NCBI RefSeq assembly: GCF_000150275.1
Contig: NW_002060954.1
Coordinates: 1,798,001-1,862,000, forward strand
From: Trichoplax adhaerens
Lineage: Eukaryota; Animalia; Placozoa
Reading direction: 5' to 3'
Length of the DNA stretch: 64,000 nucleotides
The stretch's first letter is position 1; every line of letters begins with the position of its first letter. The notes under the pieces were generated by a model that saw only the letters and a list, made by a program, of their open reading frames with translations, made no database searches and had not been told where the DNA came from. The position numbers and the translations under genes were made by a program. This document shows positions 40,048 to 52,400 of this stretch, piece by piece.

Positions 40048-43000
40048 ATGGGACTGCTAACTGATTCAACTAGCCGTAAGAGGCTACATAATCTCCTTTT
40101 CGCCAATTGGCCAATATTAAGGTATGTAGCAACCAACTGCATAGTATAAAACTATCAACCATAATCGTCCATAGTCACGACAGTAGTGTTATGAGTATTT
40201 AGGCTTCCACTTGCTTAATCATCGTTCCTAAATGAAAAGCTTGGCAATTTTGGATCATGAAGTTATAAATTGCAATCAATATTCTTATCTCACTAGCCAG
40301 TTCTAAACTGTCTTGAGTTCTACGAGTGTTTAACCATGGTATGGTGTACACGCATAGCGGTAAATGGCTGAATGTAGCAAAAAGAAAAGTTGATATACGT
40401 ATTACACAGTGACATGATACCATAATTAAAATGTCAACCCTCAAACTAAATTCTATTATACTATCTTCATTTTAGCATGGAACGTAATGTCAAATATGTT
40501 TGTTTTTTGCGACATAATCAGTCAGCTTGGCTGTATGCATGAATACCTTGAACTGAGTACATTCTGTATTTTATTAACTAGAAATTCTATTATTTTATGA
40601 TTAGCATTTTGCTCTACGTTATTGGAATGATTTGGTTGCTAGCATTGGCTCTTGATGACTTCAACGATAGATGTTACATATCGGAAAATGCTTTGATGCC
40701 AGCCATGACGCATACGCACTATACCAATGCCAGAGACGTAACAAGTATGACTAGTGAATTAACAGAGATGTCGTCGAGGTAATCGTATACTAGTTTATTG
40801 CTAAAAATTATTTTATTGTACATAAAGTTTTAGCTGTGTCGACCGATTGACTTTGCTAGTCGTATTTATTGACTAACAACTCTATATACTTGAATATCAT
40901 ACGACAACATAGCCAAATTAATAACACGCATTAGTACTTTGATTTGTTGCATTTTTTATACTTTACCTAAAAATGAAGTATCCATTGCATTATAGTTGAT
41001 TGATTATTATAATACATGAGAAGATATACAATGTTATATTTAATATACCCAAGCTGATAGTATAGTGGACTCAGGAGTAATTTGAGTTCTTATTTTATAG
41101 GACCGTGCCTGCTAACTGGATACTTGAGCATTTTAAGAAATCAGGATTCGATACATTTACGCAAAATTTTACTTACCAGCGGCCATTTAATTATGTCAAA
41201 AACAAGGTTTAGGCCTACCTGCTATCACCATATAACATTTTACTTGTGCTACTGTAAATTACAGTTTTAAGACATATATAGTTATTATACTAGTACAGTA
41301 TCACTAAGTGCTATATGTTGCGTTTATCACAGACTATTACTGGTATGAATGTATATGGAATACTCAGAGCACCCCGTAAAGCTGGAACAGAGGCAATTGT
41401 CTTAAATGTTCCTTATCGCCCTATACATCAAATCAAGCAAGAAGCAACTCATGCTGGACTTGCATTGATGATATCATTAGCTTCTTACTTTCAAGGTGCA
41501 ATTTTACATATTTTGTGTCTCTGATGTATATCATGTATTGCTTATCATTATCTAAGCCACTATGAATTTCATTGAAGTAATACATTCGAATTAATCTATC
41601 TTTATGGCTTAGAAAAAACGTACTGGTCCAAGGATATCATCTTTTTGGTAACAGAGAGGGAATATTATGGATTGCAGGCATGGCTGGACAGCTACTATGA
41701 TACCCATATACCTGGTAGTTATGACATACGAGTATCTCTTTATGTAATAAACATACAGTATGCGAATAATAGAAAAACTAATACCTGGATAGTTTATTTA
41801 AAATTTATAAGCAAACAATTGTTTTTAATAATAATAATATACGTAGTATACGAGTTGTTATATTAAATCCAGCCTAATATATGTTGTTATGGCAGGTATT
41901 GAGAGGGAAGAACTAGGCGGCAGAGGTGGATCGATTCAGTCTGCTATTACATTAGAAATACCATCTGAATATGTTGAAAGTCTCAACTTGAAACTTGGTT
42001 GGTAACTTTATAGTCAGAATTTTTTAAAATTGCGCTTTTTCTGTATTATAGGATAAATTTCATGAAGAACATCATTTTTAACTTTGTAACAATGGTACAT
42101 CACTTTATATCTTTGCTAATACTATATTTTGATGCAAATGTGTAAATATGATAGAAGGGGTAAATGGTCAGCTACCCAATCTAGATGTATTCAACATGGC
42201 TGTGAGAATATGTGACAGAGAAGGAATCACTCCTACACTTCCAAGGCCTGTAAGCATAAGTACAGCATAGCTGCAAGCGATAATTTGTGACTCAATATAG
42301 CTCAGTAACTATTTATGGCTCATTTCAGAGTTACAAGAGTTCAACTTCTTACTTGAAATCCTTGATGACAATGCTAACCATGATGTCAAAGCATGCTCTA
42401 GGAATTCCCACTGGCAACCACGGACTATTCTTAAAGTACTAAATGCTTATCAGACACATTAAATTGAATTTATAATAATCTAGAATAGGAGTAACGTAAC
42501 TAGTTCTCACACCAGGAAGATTAAAGCATCAAAATTTATTGCTTACATTTGAACCCTTTATTTGAATTCTATTATTTTAGATATCATATTGAAGCTATTA
42601 CCCTGCAGGGTGTACTATCTGATCACTCCTATATTTCGAAAATGCCCAACATTGGCAGGTAAATATCATTATTCATCTGTTAGGAGGAAAGAATGTTCTC
42701 ATGCACATATGACTCACGAGAAAGTAACACATTATTTTATATTTTCGTATTATTGATACAATATTTATGAACTAAATTTTTTTATTCAGAGCTGTAGAAG
42801 GAATTTTTAGAAGTCTGAATAATCTATTGGAAAGATTTCATGCTTCATACTTTTTCTACGTGTTGCCTTCTGAACATCGATATGTATCGATTGGCCTCTA
42901 CATGCCGCCATTTTTTTGCTTGATCATACCTTTATTGATTAAAATATCCAAACCTTAGGAAATTATTCAATTTCAAATATTGTATATTTATATTTATCAA

Positions 43001-44154
43001 AGTAGTATCGTTCTCATTGTAATTATTAGGACGCTCACTTGCAACACTAAGCTAAAAATCGTTTCCCTTAACGTTAAGTAAGCTATTTTTCTATGGAATG
43101 CAGCTGCAGATACTCAATTTTTGAAGAAAATTTGTGAAGATGCAATCAATGATGATAAGAACGTAGATAATAATCAAGGATCCTCAAAAGCGAATATGGA
43201 GGTCTTAATTTAATCTAATTACGATAAAATTGTCCTGTAATACGGTAAATTAATTATATCCGAAAAGTGATGCATGGTAATAACTCGTATAATTATCTAT
43301 TACGTATAGGTCGCTTTTTATAGTCACCAGCACGATTTTAAGTATTTACTGGCTTTGGTTACACTAGTTTACTTTTCTGGTATTATATTATACATTTTAC
43401 CTAATACTGTCTGGGAACAATCAATACGTTATGATGTTAATCCAATGGTTGCAATGTACGTTGCATATTTTAATATTATCCTAATATCCGTATGTGTCCC
43501 GTTCTTTCTTCGAAGGTACAGTACTTCAGTATAGAACTCTAAACTTAACTTTTGATAACGCGTGTTCTAATTCTGACCTTTAACTTAATTATGGAAATGT
43601 AGCCAATTGACGAAATATATTTCTGCATGTACTAAAATGGACTATACCAGTAATTGGGTCACCGTACTTTGCGGTTCCTATACTTTACTAGCAATATCCT
43701 TGATTGCTTTATCAAATATAAACTTTTCTCTGGCGGTATCATTTGCAGTATTCATGACGCCCATAGTACTACTAGTGCAGCTGAAAAAAGATGGGTAAGA
43801 TTTACAGTATCACTGCATAATGTATGCGACATATAATGAAACTATTTCATATTTCGTCCTACATCGTTAATGTTTCCTAGGCTATACAAACAATTTCAGA
43901 GAATCCTCCTTTTATTGATATTTCCTCCGATCCTGGTTTCTGGATTTATCGCTCTATTTCAATTGATAAATTCAGGAATGGAATCTACCGGAAGCTTAAA
44001 GATTGTGACCAAGTTTCATAGTGTATTACTTACCGCATTAACCGAACAACAATTAATAGGTGTATCAAACTATCCAATTCTATGTTTAGTATTTTGGCCG
44101 GTATGGCTTATGTTTTGGGCAGTTGTGAATTTTAGCCCAGCTACGAATAGATGA
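40048..44154 (+). CDS. GPAA1: GPI transamidase subunit GAA1
   Basis: Starts MGLLTD; YISENALMP; [19 protein letters not shown]; [12 protein letters not shown]; [14 protein letters not shown]; [21 protein letters not shown]; [10 protein letters not shown]; C-terminal TM helices including NFSLA. Confidence 0.96.
42944..43081 (+). other. U12-type intron with AT-AA termini in GPAA1
   Basis: 5' end ATATCC after ...LLIK; branch site TTTCCCTTAAC at 43062-43072. The frame (K|AIFLWN) is kept only if the intron ends ...GTAA at 43081. Confidence 0.8.
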
Positions 44155-44631
44155 TCATAAAATTGTCTTAAGCAATGCTTTTAAGGCTAAATTGGACGAA
44201 GAAGTGATTGTACAATGCGTATATTTTTACATTACGAATGTTATTTAAATTTCTATCAAATAGATAAATCGTTGTGTGAGATATCATGAACTAGAGGCTC
44301 ATATTTCTTCCGTAGATCGTAAATATAGCAAAGGAACAATTTTACATGCTATACCAATACATCGCCCTACACAGCCTGATGATGATTGTTGTCAAAACAA
44401 TTTATGAATACAATCGCAGTAAACTTACACAATAAAATTCCGATTTCTTGTTCAAAATGTACATGTTGAAGCTGTTAAATTAGTTCCAATAGTAAAGTAC
44501 TTGACGTGAATAACTACTCAATTTCTTAGAAATACTAGTTCTATCTTCATAAAGGTTGGATTAAGACTAGCAAGTTAATTGAGAATAGTTTAGAATCACC
44601 CTTATATTTAATGAACATTTCCTAGTTTTTA

Positions 44632-47122
44632 CTATGCATCTTTTACAGCCATCTTATTGACAACGGCATCTACTAGGTCTGTTGTGTTCAGTTCGGCATC
44701 GGTAATACTATAAATCTAAATAAAACATGTAACGCTAAGAATTTGCGTTATTATACTCACAAAGTAGGCTTGAACTTGGATTATTTTGAAATACTGTATT
44801 ATGCATAAAGGTTGCTGCTGAAAAGGGATTTACCTTTTTAATATCTTCATATTTTGAGAAATCATTTATCTTTTCTATTCCAATGCGTTCACCTTTAACA
44901 GCCTGAATTGCCATCTGAAACTTGAATAAATACAATCGTTTTTCAGTATACATATACCGTAGTGTAGTACTTCACGATACATATTAGCCACCCACGTATA
45001 TAGTCAAAAACAAGAGTTTACTTGCATCATAAGACTATTTGCTTACTTTACTACTATTTTCTTCGCTATCAGTATCAATGACAGCAACAATGACTGCATT
45101 TGAATCATTAGATAGTCCAAATTTTTTGAATGAGCCAGCAATCTTACAATAATAAAATAGTATGCATTACAACACTTCAATTCCATTATGGCTTAGTGTA
45201 TAACGGTAAATAAGATCACAATAAACTGATTCTAAGCTGTACAATTTTACATTTTTAGACGGTGATAGACTATAAAGTAGTTCACTGTGAACATTGCGTG
45301 TCTTCATTTTATTAATATCTTGCAAGTGTGCGGCTTTAAAGGCTGCAACCGATAATTGAAAGATTCCAACAATCTAAATGGGTAAATAGATAAAATAACA
45401 GTAGGTCGACATTAGTGATAACATTGTGAACTTTCGTATTGAAGTCTATGGTTAGCTACAAATACATATAAAGTTCCAACTGATGTTTACTCGTCTATAC
45501 GTTTAGGCTGGTCATCCGTATACTACTATACGTATATTGATAAGGCTGCAAGAAATTTTTGACAATTATATTGTCCTAGTATGTATTGTAATGACATACA
45601 CGTTCAGCTACCGTATATTGTAAAATGTGATTAAAACAAGTTAACCACGTACTCGAATGCATTTACAGTATTGAAAGCAACTATGGTAATAACAAACAGC
45701 TACAACGAGCTAGGCATCATGCTTGGTCACTATAACATTTAAGTTTACAGCAGAAGAATATTTCTATTGTTAAGCATAGAATGATCAAGTACTTTGATCA
45801 AGACTCTATTGTCATCAATGGTGGGCAATTTCAATTAGTATTTTTAGTCCAGCAGCTGCAATGCATAAGGCAACATACTTTATCATTTAACAATTGAGGT
45901 ACAGCTGAAGGATACTTTTGTTAGTGAGGATAAAATGAGCAAGGAAGCATTTCGATCAAGACCATATAGCAATTATTAGTACACTTTTCTGTTTAGCATT
46001 TTCGCGTATCAGCTACCATTGCAGTACTTCAGGAATCTTGCTTTGTCATTTTAGCATTTAAGAGTGCAGCTGAGGCACACTATATTATTGGAGAGGATAA
46101 AGTGAGCAAGGAAATTGTTTCGATGAAGACTACGCGTGCATAGCAAAATTATTTGTGTGTCTATAGTATTATTATTATCAGCTAGCATTTTGGTGTGCTC
46201 GTATGACTAAAGGATAGTTTGATTGATGAAGATAAAAACAGCGAAACAAGCGTTGCAGGCCTATGGTACTACTAGTTATTGTAATTTGCGCATTGACGTC
46301 GATAAAATGTGTAAGACAGTACTGTTGCAGACCTAATTCATGCATTAATTCATGTGTAACTATTATTATTTTAAGTCAACATGGAAAACAGAAAGAGGTC
46401 ATTTACCATTGACTAGTAGTGTAGTGTCTACGGAGTGTAAGCAATCAAGGATTACCTTGTTGCAGACCTCATACATGCATTAATTCATGTGTGACTATTA
46501 TTTTAAGTCAACATGGAAAACAGAAAGAGATCATTTACCATTTACTAGTAGTGTAGTGTCTACGGAGTGTAAGCAATCAAGGATTACCTTGTTGCAGACC
46601 TCATACATGCATTAATTCATGTGTGACTATTATTTTAAGTCAACATGGAAAACAGAAAGAAGTCATTTACCATTTACTAGTAGTGTAGTGTCTACGGAGT
46701 GTCAGCAATCAAAGATTACCTTGTGGCAGACCTAATGCATGCATTAATTCATGTGTGACTATTATTTGAACTCAATATGGAAAACAGAACGAGGTCATTT
46801 ACCATTTACTAGTAGTGCAGTAGCAGTGTAGTGTATGCTGAGTGTAAGCAATCAAGGATTATCTTGTTGCACTAGCAAAGTATCTGCAAATGATTCGTAT
46901 ATTGCACATACGCGTATTATTATTATTGTCATCGATGCTTATCAATTGAATTTATTTATGCCAAGGTTGCGTAATCCATGCTCTACTACTCACCAAAGCA
47001 GGATTGATGAAAGCAGCTGATATTTTATTGTCGATAAGGCCTTGCTTTAACTCTTCCAGGTTGGTAACTTGACAAAATAAGGCTATATGCAGCCAGTATT
47101 TGCCATTCAATTTTAGCGACAT
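44632..47122 (-). CDS. TPRKB: KEOPS/EKC subunit TPRKB (Cgi121)
   Basis: Exon 1 (47122-46994) MSLKLNGKYWLHIALFCQVTNLEELKQGLIDNKISAAFINPAL, then IVGIFQLSVAAFKAAH...MKTRNVHSELLYSLSPSKN|IAGSFKKFGLS and ...LVDAVVNKMAVKDA*. Confidence 0.93.
45770..46255. repeat. Old degenerate tandem repeat (~140-165 bp) in TPRKB intron 1
   Basis: gaggataaaatgagcaaggaagcatttcgatcaagac (45927) versus gaggataaagtgagcaaggaaattgtttcgatgaagac (46093), with weaker copies on either side. Confidence 0.6.
46323..46871. repeat. Tandem repeat, 132-bp period, about 4 copies, in TPRKB intron 1
   Basis: TGTTGCAGACC-type unit starts at 46323, 46458, 46590 and 46722; a partial unit starts at 46865. Confidence 0.96.
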
Positions 47123-47637
47123 CCTTGGTGAATTTCCAATTGCAGACCACTGCGGCAGAGGTGTCGTGCCGGTAGGTAAGTGTTCGCTACCCAACACGGG
47201 CTAATATGATACACAGCATTGAAAGCTTGACGACGTGTCATGTAAGAAGGGCGTAATGCTTATAGTAACACATAGCGACGGCAGTATAGATTGAGTTGTT
47301 GAGTAGCAATAGAGACTTTATTTCTGCACCCGGCGATACGGGATAGTATTCCAGGCTAGTCAGAACTGCAGTAGTAGCCCAGGATTGTGCGCGTGCGCTA
47401 CTAGACCGTCATTGTATCTGTTTCACTTTGCACTTTTGCACTTTACAGGTAGAATTTACTATAATTCATTCTAATTAAATCAATTCTAATCCATTATTGA
47501 AGAAGTTGATACACCATCTGAGTAAAGTTCTATTCTTATTTTACGGTAGCGATGATGAAAAAGATGCTTACTATCGGACTAGACTCACGTGCTGCGTAGA
47601 GGATGTAGTAATGTACAAAAAAGATGTCACCTGTCGG

Positions 47638-49005
47638 CTAGAGTGGTTGAGTACCTACTGTGGGAACACGATGAAGTCACGGTGGCATCGATTTTGCTAG
47701 TCAGTTTACACCATTAGTGCTAACTGCATCGAGTATCGAAAGTAATGTGTATAGCGCCATAAGAATCATTGATTTATCCGTATGTAGAGTACATACAGTA
47801 CACTACAAGTTGCTAGCAAAAATAATGTCACTAATCGTGTATGAAGTATACTGTCCTATACAGTACTGATGCATCATTTCTATACGAGTACAGACTAGCA
47901 CTGGTTGGATTCTGCTCGAAGCGTCCATAAAGTAAGACATTTCTTTTGCACAGTCTTATCCCACTTTATCGGTATACTGCACTATCAAGAAGGCGCTTGG
48001 TCAAAGAGTAGCGTTCGACCTTGATCGCCTACTCAATCTAGAGTGGTTGAGTACCTACTGTGGGAAGACGATGAAGTCATGGTGACATCAATTTTGCTAG
48101 TCAGTTTACGCTATTAGTGCTAACCGCATCGAGTATCGAAACTACTGTATAGTGCCATAAGAATCGCTGACTTCTCCATATGTACGTCCACTATAAATCG
48201 CTAGCAAAATAATGTCCCTAATCATGTGTCAGTTCATTAGACTCTTAACAAGGGTCTCTATATTGCACTATCAAGGAGGCGCTTGGTCAAAGAGTAGCGT
48301 TCGACCTTGATCGCCTACTCATCTAGAATGGTTGAGTACCTACTGGGGAAGACGATGAAGTCATGGTGACATCGATTTTGCTAGTCAGTTTACGCCATTA
48401 GCACTAACCGCATCGAGTATCGAAACTACTGTATAGTGCCATAAGAATTGCTGACTTATCCATATGTACGTCCACTACAAATCGCTAGCAAAAATAATGT
48501 CACTAATCATGTGTCAGTTTAGAGACCCTTAATTAGACTCTTAACAGGGGTCTCTATACTGCACTATCAAGCAGGCGCTTGGTCAAAGAGTAGCGTTCGA
48601 CCTCGATCGCCTACTCATCTAGAGTGGTTGAGTACCTACTGGGGAAGACGATGAAGTCATGGTGACATCGATTTTGCTAGTCATTTTACGCCATTAGTGC
48701 TAACCGCATCCGAGTATCGAAAGTACTGTATACTGCCATAAGAATCGCTGACTTCTCCATATGTACGTCCACTACAAATCGCTAGCAAAAATAATGTCAC
48801 TAATCATGTGTCGAGTAAGTTGTCCTATACAGTGCTGATACAACATTTCTATACGAGTACAGACTAGTACCAGTAGGATTCTACTTGAAGCGTCTATGAA
48901 GCTTACATTAGTTTTGCACAATCTCATCCCTCTGTATCGGTATACTGCACTATCAAGGAGGCGCTTGGTGAAATCGTAAACGCTCGACCTTGATCGCCTA
49001 CTCAA
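47638..49005. repeat. Four-unit tandem array (~285-400 bp units) between the divergent TPRKB and EDC4 genes
   Basis: CTAGAGTGGTTGAGTACCTAC-type unit starts at about 47638, 48038, 48323 and 48620. Units 1 and 4 are long; units 2 and 3 are short. Confidence 0.95.
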
Positions 49006-49446
49006 TCGTCAATACTCGCCTACTGTACTCCACACTACCCTAAAAGCGTGCAAGCACTCTCTTACGGTCTTATCCACGATTGATCATACCGTGCTATGGT
49101 TCTTGAGTGAAAAAAACCCGATCGCTTCTCTTATTAGGTAAAATTAATTAGCCAAGGGATAGTGCTTTTAACTTCAACGTGCTATCAATTAACCCTCTGT
49201 ACGAAAGAGAATACCAAGTGATAATTAGTTGGTATACAGTAAAATGTATCTTCGTGATGACTAGAATAACGATCGAGCGACTGTACAGTATATTGAAAGT
49301 AAGGAATTGAATTTGATTGTAGGGTCCCATCGAGCCAATTTGGAACGCCTTGTCAAAGTACCATCTTCATTAATTAAGCGCCTATATTAATCTTTCGAAG
49401 AGCTTGAATCCGACGATCAAGTACAGCCTTATTCTATGTTGCAATC

Positions 49447-52400
49447 ATGAGTGATACAAGTCATCCACCTTTACAAGAATCTGGGCATGAAATAGACGAT
49501 GTTGGTAAGTTAAATACCATTCTTAGTATGGCATTGGTAGCCATCTCGTTTGCAGATAGACGAGTGCTGTCATGACTACAGACATACAAATTCATCTTCC
49601 ATAATATATATCAACTGTATTCACCTTGCTACTATATTTTGCTGGACTTGAAAAAAATAGCAACATGAACTTCTAAAACTGCCAAGAATCTACAAATTCA
49701 TCCATGCTGTAGCGTAGGTGAAAGACCCATGTGCAATATTACCCTACGATACAGTGTACAGTATACTGTCATAATGAATGATATCATGAAAGGATAATCT
49801 TCAAAAAGTTGATAAAATGAAATAGATCGACTACGGACGATGCCAATAAAAATATGCGTACAAAGGGATCGGATATGATCCAATATCGATTAGTACGTAT
49901 TGCTGTCATGGCTACTTTAAAAGCCTGTCGTTGTCAACGGCTGCACAATCATGGAGTGGGCCACTGGCTACGAGTTGCAATAATACCAGTTGTACAACTG
50001 GTGTGTTATCACTTGGTGCTTGCTCATGAATTGAAATCACGAAAGATTCATCAAAATTTGCTCTTTGCATAGAAAATATGACGCAGTACTGGAGTACTAT
50101 AGAATCCATCCAGTTCTTACGTTGATTTAGTAAAAGCCACACAACTATAGTACTGTACTGTACTTTTCTCGACTGCATGAAAATAATTTGCAATACAAAG
50201 CAACATACTCTTCTCTTGCTGGAATGGATACTGCTGTAATATGCACTATAACTTTGTCATTTTCGTAATAAAAATATCGATTAATGACACCGTAGAGCTT
50301 TACTGTACTGACTATGCTCTAAAAGTAATATAACACAAGAATATTTGCCCAAGGCAAAATATTCCTGCATTGGCCTTACAGTGATCTACTGCATTAGTCG
50401 TAATTAATGAACTTCGGATTCATAACGTTAAATTAATGATGCATCGGGATTGGCTACTTTGACTAAAATATGTCATACTTATCTAGTACGATAGATGGAA
50501 TTGACCATGGTAGTTAAACATCTTGATAATACGCACCATTTTTTACACACAGTTATAAAATTTGAAGTTGACTACTATGATAATAATAATAATATTAATT
50601 AGCTACATTATTCTTGGTTACATAATACTGTAGATTTGACTGAATAAACCCAAACTACAGCCGATATGTGGAAAAGTACGAGAATATTAGAAATAATCTA
50701 CTTGTATAGTTGTGTGCTCTATCTCCCCGATGTGTGAATTAAGATTACTGTTGATAAGCTATGTAGTATGCCCCACAGCATTTGTATAGCTGTTTGCATA
50801 TCCAGAGGCGGTAATTATTAGAAACTATTATCGGCTTCCATTTATAATTATTGACAGCTAACCATTGTTAGTACAGTTTCATACATATTTTACAATAACA
50901 AACTTCGGAAATATCTCAATATCATTACGTAGAGTACGATCTGAAATCAACATTTCTCCCGTTCTTTTCTTTTAATTGTGCACCCATGGAGAATATACAT
51001 GTACGCGTACGTTACTGTTCATACGCGTATAGAAAGCATAACTAATTGATTTAATCATTATTCATATTTCAGAAGACAAAAGTGGCGAAGTCTTAAGTCA
51101 ATCCAGTTTGAGGTAGAAATTAAAAATTTTTAACGTATTCTCACGTATTCTTTATCACAAATGTATTTGATACAATATTTATATCCTTAAAATTTCTCTT
51201 CTTTCTCACTTTGCTAAATTAAAGCTTTAGCAACATCGAGCCTCCGTTACCTACGGTAAGCAAGAATTTCGATTTTCATTCGATTCATGGTGTTTGTAGA
51301 CATTTTGCATGCTTCAACCTCAAGCTGTACATAGTTATCTGTACTAAATCATATTGTAATAGAAACACATACTGTATATTGTACAACTGTCAATTTCATA
51401 CTCAATTTAACGTATTCAATATTATTTAGACCTCGATACAATCATTTCAACTATCGCAATTTCTTATGGAAAAAGACTTATTTTCGAACTCAGACAGCAA
51501 TAATGTTCGCCAAACAATGTACTTGCCCTATGTATTTTAATGACTTGTATGCTATCTCATTGATATAGCTTTCAGTTGCACAAAAATGACTACTACAACT
51601 TTCTCGAAATTTCTTAGACATTTGGGCGGTGAAGAGAAATGCTATAGCATTTACGGTAATGAGATCAAGATCATTACAAAAGAGTCTTCTTCCTGTAGTA
51701 ACAAGGTATTCAAAAATTAAATTAATAATATAATGTCTTTCTAGCTTGCTTCCTTATCTGACCGATATTATCGCATTACTTTCATCAATCAAATTGCTAG
51801 ATATGTTGTAATTGACTCATTGTTTTTGCTCATAAATATGATTAAATGACTGCAGAATGCACCTGGAATAATTTGATTGCTTTATTTACAAAATAGGTTA
51901 AGTTTAAAACTATTGTTGATTACAACTGGGAACAGGGCTATTATTATAGCAATACCATTGCTGTCAATGAGAACTTCGTTTCTTACGGATTGAAAGGTAC
52001 AGTATCATCAAATGTCTAAATTTACTTCGTCTTAAAAATAATAATATTTGAGCCAGCTTTTCAGCAATCGCTGCTTAAGGTTAACGTTGCCTGACAAAAG
52101 TATTAAATTTTTTACATTTTTATCTATTAGGTCGTAATGGATTTCTAGTTAGGGTTATAAATCGAAATGACAAAAATATTACATTGTTACTAAAAGGAGC
52201 AAAAGCAGCAATTGATGAGTTAGCATTTGCTAATTATTTTTCGAATAAGTTAGCTTTCATCGATAAAGCCGGAAATTTATTCGTAAGATTAATTACTTTG
52301 GAAGATGGATCACTAAAGTATGTAATAGATTTGAAACTGAAATCAGTTACTTCGCAGCAATGAGCGATGTTACTGCAAGTAGGACCTAATTTCAAATTGT

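Noticed and set aside
46323-49005. CRISPR array interpretation of the tandem repeats
   Set aside because: Units are long with no unique spacers, there are no cas genes, and the context is eukaryotic.
49121-49130. ATCGCTTCTC, identical to the U2 snRNA 5' end
   Set aside because: Similarity stops after 10 nt; no branch-pairing region or Sm site follows.
50986-51000. Alternative EDC4 start MENIH
   Set aside because: Its phase-0 donor leads to a stop in the next exon, whereas the exon at 49447-49504 joins in frame.
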